DNA of 64,000 bases, taken from assembly GCA_029762535.1 (NCBI GenBank), contig JARVGK010000003.1, positions 32,001-96,000 of the forward strand, in the 5' to 3' direction. Numbering within the stretch: the first letter of the stretch is position 1; each line of letters opens with the position of its first letter. A program made the translations under genes and the position numbers. Below the pieces are notes generated by a model. That model was not told the DNA's origin. It made no database searches and saw nothing but the letters and a program-made list of their open reading frames with translations. This DNA comes from Thermoplasmatota archaeon (lineage in GTDB: Archaea; Thermoplasmatota; Penumbrarchaeia; Penumbrarchaeales; Penumbrarchaeaceae). This document shows positions 1 to 8,583 of the stretch, one piece after another.

Positions 1-50
1 CCCAAGGGTTCGAATCCAAATGTACAATGCTCCCGAAAATAATTAGAAAG

Positions 51-124
51 CGGACCCATGGGGATTCGAACCCCACCCCCCGGCTCCGAAGGCCGGAAGA
101 CTATCCTGGCTATCCTATGGGCCC
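51..124 (-). tRNA. tRNA-Arg(TCG)
   Basis: Reverse complement folds as a cloverleaf: acceptor GGGCCCA/TGGGTCC, anticodon arm CCGGC-CTTCGGA-GCCGG, T-loop TTCGAAT; CCA not encoded. Confidence 0.93.
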
Positions 125-680
125 GATGATTGGGTTATGGCCCTGTAGGGTCATAACCCTATTTTAATCGATTCATAAGCGGATCCCCAGGATATGTGTT
201 ACTCCCGAAGGGATCGGGGGTGGGGAAAAAAGTCTCTGTGGTTGGATTCTTTCGGGGGAAGAATCCACCGGAAGACTATCCTGGCTATCCTATGGGCCCA
301 TATTGGTTTGTAGTCCGAATGTAATGAGGACTATAAACCTTTATATGGTGATCCTTAGGCTGGATAGGCGGATCAAGCCATATTCGGGGTGGGGGAAAAG
401 CCTCTGTACGGAGGCCGGATCGGGGATCCGGCCTGAAGACTATCCTGGCTATCCTATGGGTCCATGAACTATTGGATGGCCAAAGGCCGGCCAATAGTTC
501 TATTTTTCGGACCCATAGACGATGGGGGATAGGCGGATCTAGCCGAGTTCGGGGTGGGGGAAAGAGTCTGTGTACGGAGGCCGGATCGGGGATCCGGCCT
601 GAAGACTATCCTGGCTATCCTATGGGCCCGATGATTGGGTTATGGCCCGTAGGGATATAACCCAATTTCAATCAATTCAT
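125..680. repeat. tRNA-Arg-derived tandem array upstream of the tRNA (3 diverged units, periods 175/164/166 bp)
   Basis: gaagactatcctggctatcctatggg(c/t)cc (tRNA nt 1-29) recurs at 96, 271, 435 and 601; spacers are hairpin-rich. Confidence 0.9.
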
Positions 681-1003
681 CTACCGCTTATACGGTACCA
701 TGCGGGAAGCCCGATGTACCTGTAATGGTCCTCGATCTGCCTGGAATATATGGAGGCATAGAAGCGGTTGAAATCGGCGACATGAAGCAGTCCCTTCTTC
801 GTGGGAACGACCTTGTAGGACCTCTCGTCCCTATCGACCGATATGTAGCCCTCACCCTCCAGATGCGAGAGCACCCTCTCCGTCATGTTGTGGTTTGACC
901 TTATATGATGCATTATCTCCGATTTGGAAAGCCCGTCGATCCCTCCAGAAAGAAGCTGTTCGATCTTCGATCCGAGATCTTTCTGCTGGAGATCGATGCC
1001 CAT
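677..1003 (-). CDS. Winged helix-turn-helix protein, putative transcriptional regulator
   Basis: LSKSEIMHHIRSNHNMTERVLSHLEGEGYI...YKVVPTKKG wHTH pattern; ATG at 1003 preferred over the GTG at 1081. Confidence 0.65.
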   Translation of the reverse strand: MGIDLQQKDLGSKIEQLLSGGIDGLSKSEIMHHIRSNHNMTERVLSHLEGEGYISVDRDERSYKVVPTKKGLLHVADFNRFYASIYSRQIEDHYRYIGLPAWYRISGR

Positions 1004-1086
1004 CGCTGAGGCTAGAAGGTTCAACACGATGCAGGAATACAGGTTGATGTCCTTGTAGCTCTTTCCTTCCAAACCGCACACACCTC

Positions 1087-1932
1087 TCAGGGCAGCACTT
1101 TCGGGAGCTCTGGGACATACGGTATGAACTCGTATCTCCCGTTCGGAAGTTCCACGACGACCTGAACGTTCATCCGCTTCTCCTTCTTTGCCTTAAGGTA
1201 TATCCTACCCTCGACAAGTTTGTCATACAATTTCTCGTCGATCCCGTTGAACGACCCTCCCGCCTTGTAAAGCAGACATACCCTGCCCGGGTATATCTTC
1301 GATCTCGATGTGATATCCTCCAGGTCACTTATGATGGCCTTGAGGTCCTCTGAACTGGGGGATCTCCTGTACTCTCGTATGAAGATGGAGTATCCCGGAT
1401 ACCCGATCCTGAACAGCTTGGAGAAGAACGATGCCTTGTTGAGGATGAAAGCGCTGAAATGATGCCTCTTTCCCGACTTGCCCACGGCATACGAGTCCTT
1501 CCTGATGATCTCCGGCCTTCTGCTGATCATCCTCTTGAAGGTGAGATTGTTCTTCTTCAGATAGTTGAGGAACCGCTCCGTCATGTTCTTGCCTTTCGGT
1601 ATGGAATGTCCAGGGGGCCCCTCCCTCATGGCCTTGATGGCCGAATACCTGAAAGCGGCCGTCTTGAGAAAACGCCTCAAATGGGTGAGAAGCCGTGCGG
1701 TTATGATCCCGGTCACGAGAAGGGAGAGAAGTATCAGCACGAGGAACCAGTTGCCACTGGATAGCGTTGCAAGGAACAGCAGCAGGTAAAGTACAACTGA
1801 GAACCATACGAAATATAGCGCGAACTTTGATAGGAACAGTATCCTATCCGAGTTGTCGATTATCTCCTCGGCCAGGTTGAACGTCCCTGATATGGGGTCC
1901 TCGACCCCTCTGTATAGCTGCCATCGCTTCAT
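1087..1932 (-). CDS. Membrane protein (2 TM) with C-terminal restriction-endonuclease-like (Mrr/PD-(D/E)XK-like) domain, probably inactive
   Basis: Two hydrophobic helices at about aa 33-82; GKSGKRHHFSAFI resembles the archaeal GKSGxxHxFD motif. Confidence 0.5.
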   Translation of the reverse strand: MKRWQLYRGVEDPISGTFNLAEEIIDNSDRILFLSKFALYFVWFSVVLYLLLFLATLSSGNWFLVLILLSLLVTGIITARLLTHLRRFLKTAAFRYSAIKAMREGPPGHSIPKGKNMTERFLNYLKKNNLTFKRMISRRPEIIRKDSYAVGKSGKRHHFSAFILNKASFFSKLFRIGYPGYSIFIREYRRSPSSEDLKAIISDLEDITSRSKIYPGRVCLLYKAGGSFNGIDEKLYDKLVEGRIYLKAKKEKRMNVQVVVELPNGRYEFIPYVPELPKVLP

Positions 1933-2082
1933 TTCAAATCACCCAAGAGATCCTTTTCTGTGCTCTCTCGGCCCTCATCGTATTTAAACCCGTATGAAAC
2001 AAAGTTACGTAACTTTCTGTTAGAACAAGCTTTCGTTCCCTTATATATGATTTTTCGTGCCTCTTCCCTGTGGTGATAAGAC

Positions 2083-4236
2083 ATGACCAAAGGAAAAGCA
2101 TGGATAATCCTGCCCCTGATCCTCGCCGGCGCGATAATCGCCTCGGGCGTGGGGATGATAGGTCTCCTGCTCCAGCTGACGGAGAGGGATGGGGCAGGGC
2201 CGGATATTGAGCCAGAGCATGCGATCACCAGCAGCGAGCTGCTGCTGGCCAAGGAGATATCCTCGGAAACCTACCGGCGATCGCTGGACACCGCACTCTC
2301 CGCAGAGGGATATTCCCCCAAGGAGAAGGGGATCCCCATACGGCCTGAAAATGAAAAGGTCCCGCTTCCCCCAACAGCTGAGGGTGAGCCCGAACGTACG
2401 AGAGGGGAGGACGATCTTACAAGCATGGAAGGATACATTAACAGGGACGAGGGCCCGGGAGCGCCCGAGATCAACGTGGATTCCACCGCCTCCCTTCTCG
2501 GCGAGAAGGGATCCCTCATAGAGGGCTCCTACTCCACGCTGAAGGAGGGCTCGATCCCGGACGGTTTCTCCGTGATCGATATCGATGAGGACCACGACCT
2601 CCCCGTAACCGAGGAGGGGATCTCCATGGAAGAGGATATGCCCCCTGAGATCTCCAAGGATATGGAGGACCTTTCCGATGAGCTCTCCGATGTTCTTGGA
2701 GAGAACGCACCCGATGCGGCATCGGCGGGAATCGACCTCAACGACGTGGCTGAAACCACCTGGACCATGTCGAACTCGACATCCAGGGATTCGGACCTCG
2801 ACGGCAACCCCGAATACAAGTACGAGATCAAAGTGGCATACGGAAGGAAGAACAACACCGTTCTCAACTCCAGCCTCGAATATATCGCTGGCTACGAATA
2901 TGAATACCGTGACGCGGACTCCGACGGGACACCTAACTACGAGAGGCTCTTCATCGTCAAGTTCGCGAATTACACTGTGAACGGCAACAAGGTTGCCGAG
3001 GGCGTCTCCTTCACCGAGATCGTGAAGAACGATACCGACGGCGACTCGTTGATCGATCGTGAGGACATAAAGCATCTGTCATACGGGTATCACGCCACGT
3101 TGTTCGGCACGGTGAAGAGCTTCGCCAGGGCGGGCGAGATCTCCCGGATCGACGATGACGCTGACTCCGGGTTCGACAGGACCACAGGCAGCGCCGTCTT
3201 CTACATGAAGAACGAGAACGTAAGGACGAATGTCACCTTGAGGGAGTCCTTCATTGTTATCAAGGGATCGCGCTCCGAGGTATATGCCGAGTACTCGAGC
3301 CTCGCTTTCACGAGGCTCAACGGGACCTCGGGTAACGTCCTTCTCGAGGACGCGCGGATAATGACCTACAAAGAGAGCGGCTCGAATAGGAACCTCGTCC
3401 TCATCGCAGGAAGGAACAACACCGTCACCGGACGGGTCCAGTATGGTATCTTGAACCTCACGGCGTCATCTCAGGGAAATACGACGACGATAAGGGTAAC
3501 GGGATTCGCACTGGAGAACTCCACTCTCCTTCTCGGCGGGACCAGGTCCGACGCCGTGGCCGTGGATTACACTGTCGTGATCGAAGGGACCTCAAAGACC
3601 GAATCCGGCTTCCTCGCAGCCTCCAGAACGGATATGAGGCCCAAGACCACGGAGGAGTCGGTGATATTCCTGTCCATGGACAGGAGCTCATCCTCAAACG
3701 TCACCATCAGCGAGAACGTGACGGTATTCGCCAGGGTGAACGTGACAGGGACCGGACTGACCTCGACCTCGGCGCTGGCCATGAGGAACTACGCCGATGC
3801 CGACGCGGACGGCAATGCCGAATATCTGAAGGAGGCATGGGTCGTCGGCAGGTCCGAGGACCTGGACAACGACGGCATCGTTGATAAGGAAGGTTACATA
3901 GTCCACTGGGCCGAGACGATGGACCAGGATGACGACGGCAACCCCGAGCGCATCAACAACTTCACCATGATGGGCTGGAAACACGATACCGACGACGACG
4001 GGAACGTGGACATCGAGAGGGGATTGATGGTCAACGTGACATGGTACGACGAGAACTCCAACGGCACGTTCGAGCTCAAGGAGACAGGCATCCTTGGCTT
4101 CGAGAAGAAGGATGCCGATTCCGACGGTGTTTTCGACAGCGAGAAATACGCCGGCGCCTGGGAGAAGATCATCGACGTCCATGACGATGGCACCGAGATC
4201 AACAAGCAGTCCGGAACCTGGACGCACGAGGTATGA
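2083..4236 (+). CDS. Secreted or N-anchored beta-rich protein with many DxDxDG Ca-binding motifs
   Basis: N-terminal hydrophobic helix, acidic linker, about 11 DxDxDG-like turns, NxS/T sequons. Confidence 0.7.
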   Translation: MTKGKAWIILPLILAGAIIASGVGMIGLLLQLTERDGAGPDIEPEHAITSSELLLAKEISSETYRRSLDTALSAEGYSPKEKGIPIRPENEKVPLPPTAEGEPERTRGEDDLTSMEGYINRDEGPGAPEINVDSTASLLGEKGSLIEGSYSTLKEGSIPDGFSVIDIDEDHDLPVTEEGISMEEDMPPEISKDMEDLSDELSDVLGENAPDAASAGIDLNDVAETTWTMSNSTSRDSDLDGNPEYKYEIKVAYGRKNNTVLNSSLEYIAGYEYEYRDADSDGTPNYERLFIVKFANYTVNGNKVAEGVSFTEIVKNDTDGDSLIDREDIKHLSYGYHATLFGTVKSFARAGEISRIDDDADSGFDRTTGSAVFYMKNENVRTNVTLRESFIVIKGSRSEVYAEYSSLAFTRLNGTSGNVLLEDARIMTYKESGSNRNLVLIAGRNNTVTGRVQYGILNLTASSQGNTTTIRVTGFALENSTLLLGGTRSDAVAVDYTVVIEGTSKTESGFLAASRTDMRPKTTEESVIFLSMDRSSSSNVTISENVTVFARVNVTGTGLTSTSALAMRNYADADADGNAEYLKEAWVVGRSEDLDNDGIVDKEGYIVHWAETMDQDDDGNPERINNFTMMGWKHDTDDDGNVDIERGLMVNVTWYDENSNGTFELKETGILGFEKKDADSDGVFDSEKYAGAWEKIIDVHDDGTEINKQSGTWTHEV

Positions 4237-4250
4237 AGGAGGAATAGAGC

Positions 4251-4700
4251 ATGAGAATGTGGGCAATGATAGGACTTGCGGCTCTCATAATGGGGGCCGG
4301 ATTGATGGCCGGATGCATAGACGAGGTGGCCGATCCCACCCTCGAGTTCAACGTGATGGATGTGGCGCTGAACAATTCATCGCCAAACCCGTCATCGGTC
4401 GATGCAGGCAGCGGGTACCAGTTCCTCTACGTCAAGGTGAGGCTGGTGAACCTCAACGAGAAGGCTGATCTCACTGTTGTTCCCGGATCGTTCGCCGTGG
4501 ATGACAACTCGACCGTCGAGAAGAGGGGCGATCACATGGCCACCCTCGACATGAGGCGCATAGACAGCATAAGGGTGGACCCACAGGATGAGAAGATCTT
4601 CTGGGTCACGTTCAAGGTGCCTACGGATTCTAAGATGATATTCATCCGCTACAGGGGCACTTTGGACGAGCCCGTGGAAAGGACGCTGCCGGAATATTGA
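4251..4700 (+). CDS. Lipoprotein, DUF4352-like Ig fold
   Basis: Lipobox LMAGC; GYQFLYVKVRLVNLN and FWVTFKVP motifs; GGAGG RBS upstream. Confidence 0.65.
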   Translation: MRMWAMIGLAALIMGAGLMAGCIDEVADPTLEFNVMDVALNNSSPNPSSVDAGSGYQFLYVKVRLVNLNEKADLTVVPGSFAVDDNSTVEKRGDHMATLDMRRIDSIRVDPQDEKIFWVTFKVPTDSKMIFIRYRGTLDEPVERTLPEY

Positions 4701-4717
4701 GGCCTGAAGGAAAGGTT

Positions 4718-4753
4718 GGATCCCCCAATTCCAAGGGGGATCCTTTTATTTTT
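4718..4753 (+). terminator. Hairpin plus T-tract between convergent genes
   Basis: ggatccccc-aattccaa-gggggatcc followed by ttttattttt. Confidence 0.6.
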
Positions 4754-5042
4754 ATCCGACGACGACCCGGAACTTCTCCCTGACGGGGGGTGATACGAGG
4801 AATTCCCTCATCCTCTCTATGAGAAGGTCGTAGACCCCGACTTCCTCGTACCTTCTGGCGTCCTCCTCCGTCTCCCAGAACCCCATGTCGAAGCCCTTGC
4901 CCGTCTCATCGTCTATGAACAGCTCGCCTTTGACGAAACCGCTCTGCTTCTCGGCGTCCTGAAGGACATAGCACTTCCAGATCCTTATGGCATCATCTAA
5001 CCTGTCCTTGCTGAAATGATATGTGACCATTCCCACGTACAT
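4752..5042 (-). CDS. ABM (antibiotic biosynthesis monooxygenase)-like dimeric alpha/beta barrel protein
   Basis: 96 aa; QSGFVKG...WETEEDARRY pattern. Confidence 0.7.
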   Translation of the reverse strand: MYVGMVTYHFSKDRLDDAIRIWKCYVLQDAEKQSGFVKGELFIDDETGKGFDMGFWETEEDARRYEEVGVYDLLIERMREFLVSPPVREKFRVVVG

Positions 5043-5188
5043 AGGTAACCTCCAGATGGTTGAGAAAGAGCATCTGTCTGAAAACTATTTATTGATTTTC
5101 ATCGTTTCGTTCTTTGAAGCCACGACGATCCCTGGTCGTTCCCTTTGGTCGGTCCCGATTAAATTAATATCATCCAACCCCGCTTGGG

Positions 5189-6691
5189 ATGACAAGCATG
5201 AAAGACAATGGACCGAAGAAAAGGAGGGCATTCCCCAGGCGAATCCCCTCCCTGGATATCCCGTTGAGGATCCCGGAGCTCGAATGGACCAGCTTCCCGG
5301 AGCCGAAGCGCTATTTCACCTTCTTCTACTCGAAGAAGTACATCATTCTGGTCCTTATTCTGACACTTGCGACCTATCTTATCACCCAGGGGCAGAGCGA
5401 ACCCATAAGGAGGGTCGCCGCGATATTCGTCCTGGTCGCCGGGTGCTGGCTCTTCGAGATATTCCCGATATACATCACAGGGCTCATGGTCCCGGTCCTT
5501 CTGACGTTTGCCGGGATCTTCAAGCCGGCTCAGGCGTTCGAGCCCTTCGCCCATCCGGTGATATTCCTGCTAATCGGCGGCCTCACCCTGGGCCAGGCCG
5601 TGGTGAAGCACGGGATCGACAGAAGGATCGCTTTTTCCATACTGAGGTATTCCATGGGCAAGCTGGAAGGCGTCGTGATAGTCTCGATGCTGACCACGGC
5701 CTTCATCAGCATGTGGATATCCAACACCGTGGCGATAGCCATACTGCTCCCTGTGGTCCTCACCATACTAGCCTCCGTGCCCGATGATATGCTGCCTTTC
5801 AAGAGGAGGGTTCTCTTCGGAATGGCCGTGAGCGCCACCCTTGGAGGCATGGCCATGCTCACGGGCAGCACGCCGAACATGATCGTGGCAGCCCTTCTCG
5901 AGAGCAGGACCCCTTTCGGCTTCCTGCAGTGGGCATATTACGGGATCCCGGTCGTGGTCCTCTCCCTTGTCTCATCATATTTCATTCTCAAACGCCTCTT
6001 CAGAACGCCGGATGCGAAACTGGACCTGGGCAGGGTCATGGGCCAGAACCGGTCCGAGGGACCCATGGGCTTTTCGCAGAAGATGGTGATAGCGATATTC
6101 GGGTTCACGATCCTGCTGTGGTTCTTCGGGAGCCAGGCTGAGATATTCCTGGGACTGCCCTCGTCGATCTCGAGCGCCGCCATCGTTTCGATCCTGTCGG
6201 TCCTCGTGATGTTCGGATCGGGCCTTCTGGATATGAAGGACCTCAAGTCGATACACTGGGAGATCATGTTCCTGGTGGGTGGAGGGATCCTCCTGGGCGA
6301 GGCCATGGTGGAATCCGGGCTCGCGGGTGAGATAGGTGGCGCGGTGGCATCGACCAGTTCGTTCCTCCCGGTAGTCATGATGATCCTCCTGTTCACCCTG
6401 CTGACCATCGCCCTGACGAATTTCATTTCGAACAGCGCGACCGCGGCCATCCTGGGTCCGATCGCGATCGCCGCCTCGGATTCGATGGGGATGAACCCCA
6501 TACCTTTTGTCATGGGGATCGGACTCGGGGCGTCCGTAGCGTTCATCACCCCGGTCGGGACGCCTTCGACGGCCATGGTGTACTCCACTGGATTGATCCC
6601 CAAGGACATGCTCATCAAGTACGGCCTCATGATAGGGATCATAGTCGCCCTTGTGATATCTATCATAACGTTCATATTCCCGATACCCTGA
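5189..6691 (+). CDS. DASS/SLC13 family Na+:sulfate/dicarboxylate symporter
   Basis: SMWISNT, GSTPN, TNFISNSAT and PVGTPSTA motifs; many TM helices. Confidence 0.92.
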   Translation: MTSMKDNGPKKRRAFPRRIPSLDIPLRIPELEWTSFPEPKRYFTFFYSKKYIILVLILTLATYLITQGQSEPIRRVAAIFVLVAGCWLFEIFPIYITGLMVPVLLTFAGIFKPAQAFEPFAHPVIFLLIGGLTLGQAVVKHGIDRRIAFSILRYSMGKLEGVVIVSMLTTAFISMWISNTVAIAILLPVVLTILASVPDDMLPFKRRVLFGMAVSATLGGMAMLTGSTPNMIVAALLESRTPFGFLQWAYYGIPVVVLSLVSSYFILKRLFRTPDAKLDLGRVMGQNRSEGPMGFSQKMVIAIFGFTILLWFFGSQAEIFLGLPSSISSAAIVSILSVLVMFGSGLLDMKDLKSIHWEIMFLVGGGILLGEAMVESGLAGEIGGAVASTSSFLPVVMMILLFTLLTIALTNFISNSATAAILGPIAIAASDSMGMNPIPFVMGIGLGASVAFITPVGTPSTAMVYSTGLIPKDMLIKYGLMIGIIVALVISIITFIFPIP

Positions 6692-6736
6692 GGTTCCCGG
6701 GAAGGTTTTTCATTGCCAGAGAGGTTACCCTCATCG

Positions 6737-7399
6737 ATGGAAACGATGAAAGGCGCTCGGTCGAGCGATATCGGCCCGGACCTGTTCCGGAAGCTGATCC
6801 AGGAATACTTCAGGACATGCGTCGATCTGGGGTGCGGGGACGGAAAATACTGCTACGAGATGGCGCGAACCGATCCCGATACGTTCTACATCGGGATCGA
6901 CGCCGACCGCAACGGTCTCGTCGAGTATTCAAGGAGGATAGTGAAAAAACCCTCGAGAGGGGGACTGAAGAACGTCCTCTATCTCATCTCGAACGTGGAG
7001 TCACTCCCCGAAGAACTCAATGGGATCGCGGATGAGGTCACGGTCATCCTGCCGTGGGGATCCCTTCTTCAGGGTATGGTGGGGTCCGATCCGCTGTATC
7101 TTTCTAACATCAGGAGGATCTCAAAGGACGGGTCACTCCTGAAGATCTATCTGAACTACGACGTCAAGTACGAGCCCGTCGAGATGGAGAGGAAAGGGCT
7201 GCCGGAGCTCACCGAGGGTTACGTTGAGGATCACATGGTCCCGGCATACGCTTCTGCGGGGATCCGGATCGCCGGATACCGCTTCATGGAGAACGAGGAG
7301 GCCAGATCGATCCCTTCGACCTGGACGAGGAAATTGGGTTTCGGCAGGGCCAGATCGACCCTTTTGATCGAGGGCGTCATCGAGGGGGGATCCCCCTGA
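6737..7399 (+). CDS. 16S rRNA (adenine(1408)-N1)-methyltransferase, NpmA/KamB family
   Basis: DLGCGDG, FYIGID, KKPSRGGLKNV, ESLPEEL, LPWGSLL, GLPEL and STWTRKLGFGR match NpmA/KamB along the whole length; ATG 6737 aligns with the NpmA N-terminus. Confidence 0.88.
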   Translation: METMKGARSSDIGPDLFRKLIQEYFRTCVDLGCGDGKYCYEMARTDPDTFYIGIDADRNGLVEYSRRIVKKPSRGGLKNVLYLISNVESLPEELNGIADEVTVILPWGSLLQGMVGSDPLYLSNIRRISKDGSLLKIYLNYDVKYEPVEMERKGLPELTEGYVEDHMVPAYASAGIRIAGYRFMENEEARSIPSTWTRKLGFGRARSTLLIEGVIEGGSP

Positions 7400-7806
7400 A
7401 GGCCTCCTTCACCTGTCGTGGGCATCCCAACATCAGAGCCGAACACAGCCGGACCATCGAGTTCACGAAGGATAAGGAGCTGACCGAGAGAGGGGATTGT
7501 ATCATCGGCGTCTCCTGCGACTTCGATCCGGAGGAATTGAAAAAGCTCTCCGGGAAGGTCTGGATAACGGTTCAGGTCGATGAGATGACGGACGGGTTCC
7601 GGGCCTACATCAATCCGAAATTCGATCAAGACAGGGAGATCGTGTTCCGAAAGAGCCGGGTGAGGACCCAAAGAACGCTTGGAACGGACCTGAACAAAGG
7701 GGCCTCAAAGCTCGAAAGGTCCATAGTCGAGAGGATGAGGGATCCGAATGCCGTGATGCATGTCGTGCTCGAGAGCAAGGGGGGGGCATCCTATGGGAAA
7801 GGATGA
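7396..7806 (+). CDS. DUF371 family protein, apparent CTG start
   Basis: In-frame upstream extension of ORF 7537 reads FTCRGHPNIRAEHSRTIEFTKDKELTERGDCIIGV, the DUF371 signature; also IVFRKS and RTLG. Confidence 0.85.
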   Translation: MKASFTCRGHPNIRAEHSRTIEFTKDKELTERGDCIIGVSCDFDPEELKKLSGKVWITVQVDEMTDGFRAYINPKFDQDREIVFRKSRVRTQRTLGTDLNKGASKLERSIVERMRDPNAVMHVVLESKGGASYGKG

Positions 7807-8536
7807 GGTCCGGGGATCCTACGATTCCTCATCCGAGTATTGGCTGAAGAAGAGCCGGGTCTCGGAGAGGTATCTGTCCCTCATCGAGGGATCCCTCGGA
7901 GAGGATATGACGGTCCTTGACCTCGGATGCGGAGGGGGCAGGATGTCGTTCCTGCTTGCAGGGAAGGCGAGGAGGATCGTGGGATGCGATCTTTCCCCCG
8001 CCCTTGTGGAAGGCGCAAGGGAGAAGGCAAAGGACCAACCCGGGATGGTATTCGTCCAGGGGGATCTCGAATCGCCCTCGGCATGGGATGATTGTTTGAA
8101 GGCCAACGACGGGGAGGAATTCGATATGATCATCTCTAACGTAGCTCTCCGAAAGGACGCTTTGAGGCTGGATCGCGTCCTTGACAATGCCGGGAGCGTT
8201 CTCGCTCCAAAGGGAAGGATCATCCTTAGGATCGAATCCTCGGGGGATCTCCCGGAGATCGGATGCCCCCTCCCATGCTATCACCTCAGGGAGGTGCGAT
8301 CCTCCTTTGAGGAAAGAGGATACAGGATAGAGCTTCTGGAGGAAGAGCGCTTCTCCCAGAGGTTCTCCTCCTTTTCGGCGTTTCGGGATTTCCTTGAGAG
8401 GACATCCCTCATGTCGCATCTGGTCGAGACCCATTCCATGGACAAGGCCCTTGACAGGGCCCGATCCCTTGAGGGCAGGGACGGGATAAGAGTGACCAGG
8501 AGCTACTGGATCGTCAAGGTCGATCCCACCTTGTAG
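7793..8536 (+). CDS. Class I SAM-dependent methyltransferase
   Basis: VLDLGCGGG, GCDLS, FDMIISN, LAPKGRI. Confidence 0.85.
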   Translation: MGKDEVRGSYDSSSEYWLKKSRVSERYLSLIEGSLGEDMTVLDLGCGGGRMSFLLAGKARRIVGCDLSPALVEGAREKAKDQPGMVFVQGDLESPSAWDDCLKANDGEEFDMIISNVALRKDALRLDRVLDNAGSVLAPKGRIILRIESSGDLPEIGCPLPCYHLREVRSSFEERGYRIELLEEERFSQRFSSFSAFRDFLERTSLMSHLVETHSMDKALDRARSLEGRDGIRVTRSYWIVKVDPTL

Positions 8537-8583
8537 TAAGAAAACTATTTCTTGGAGTAGTATAATACATATTCGGTGGTGTA

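Noticed and set aside
96-629. CRISPR array (29-nt repeat x4)
   Set aside because: The repeat is the tRNA 5' end, the spacers are about 135-145 nt and related to each other, and no cas genes are in the window.
285-660. Short ORFs 285-494 and 472-660
   Set aside because: They are translations of the tRNA-derived repeats.
2041-3075. Long antisense ORFs such as 2041-3075, 11253-12287 and 35253-36239
   Set aside because: They are shadow ORFs opposite well-supported genes in a GC-rich genome and have no recognisable motifs.
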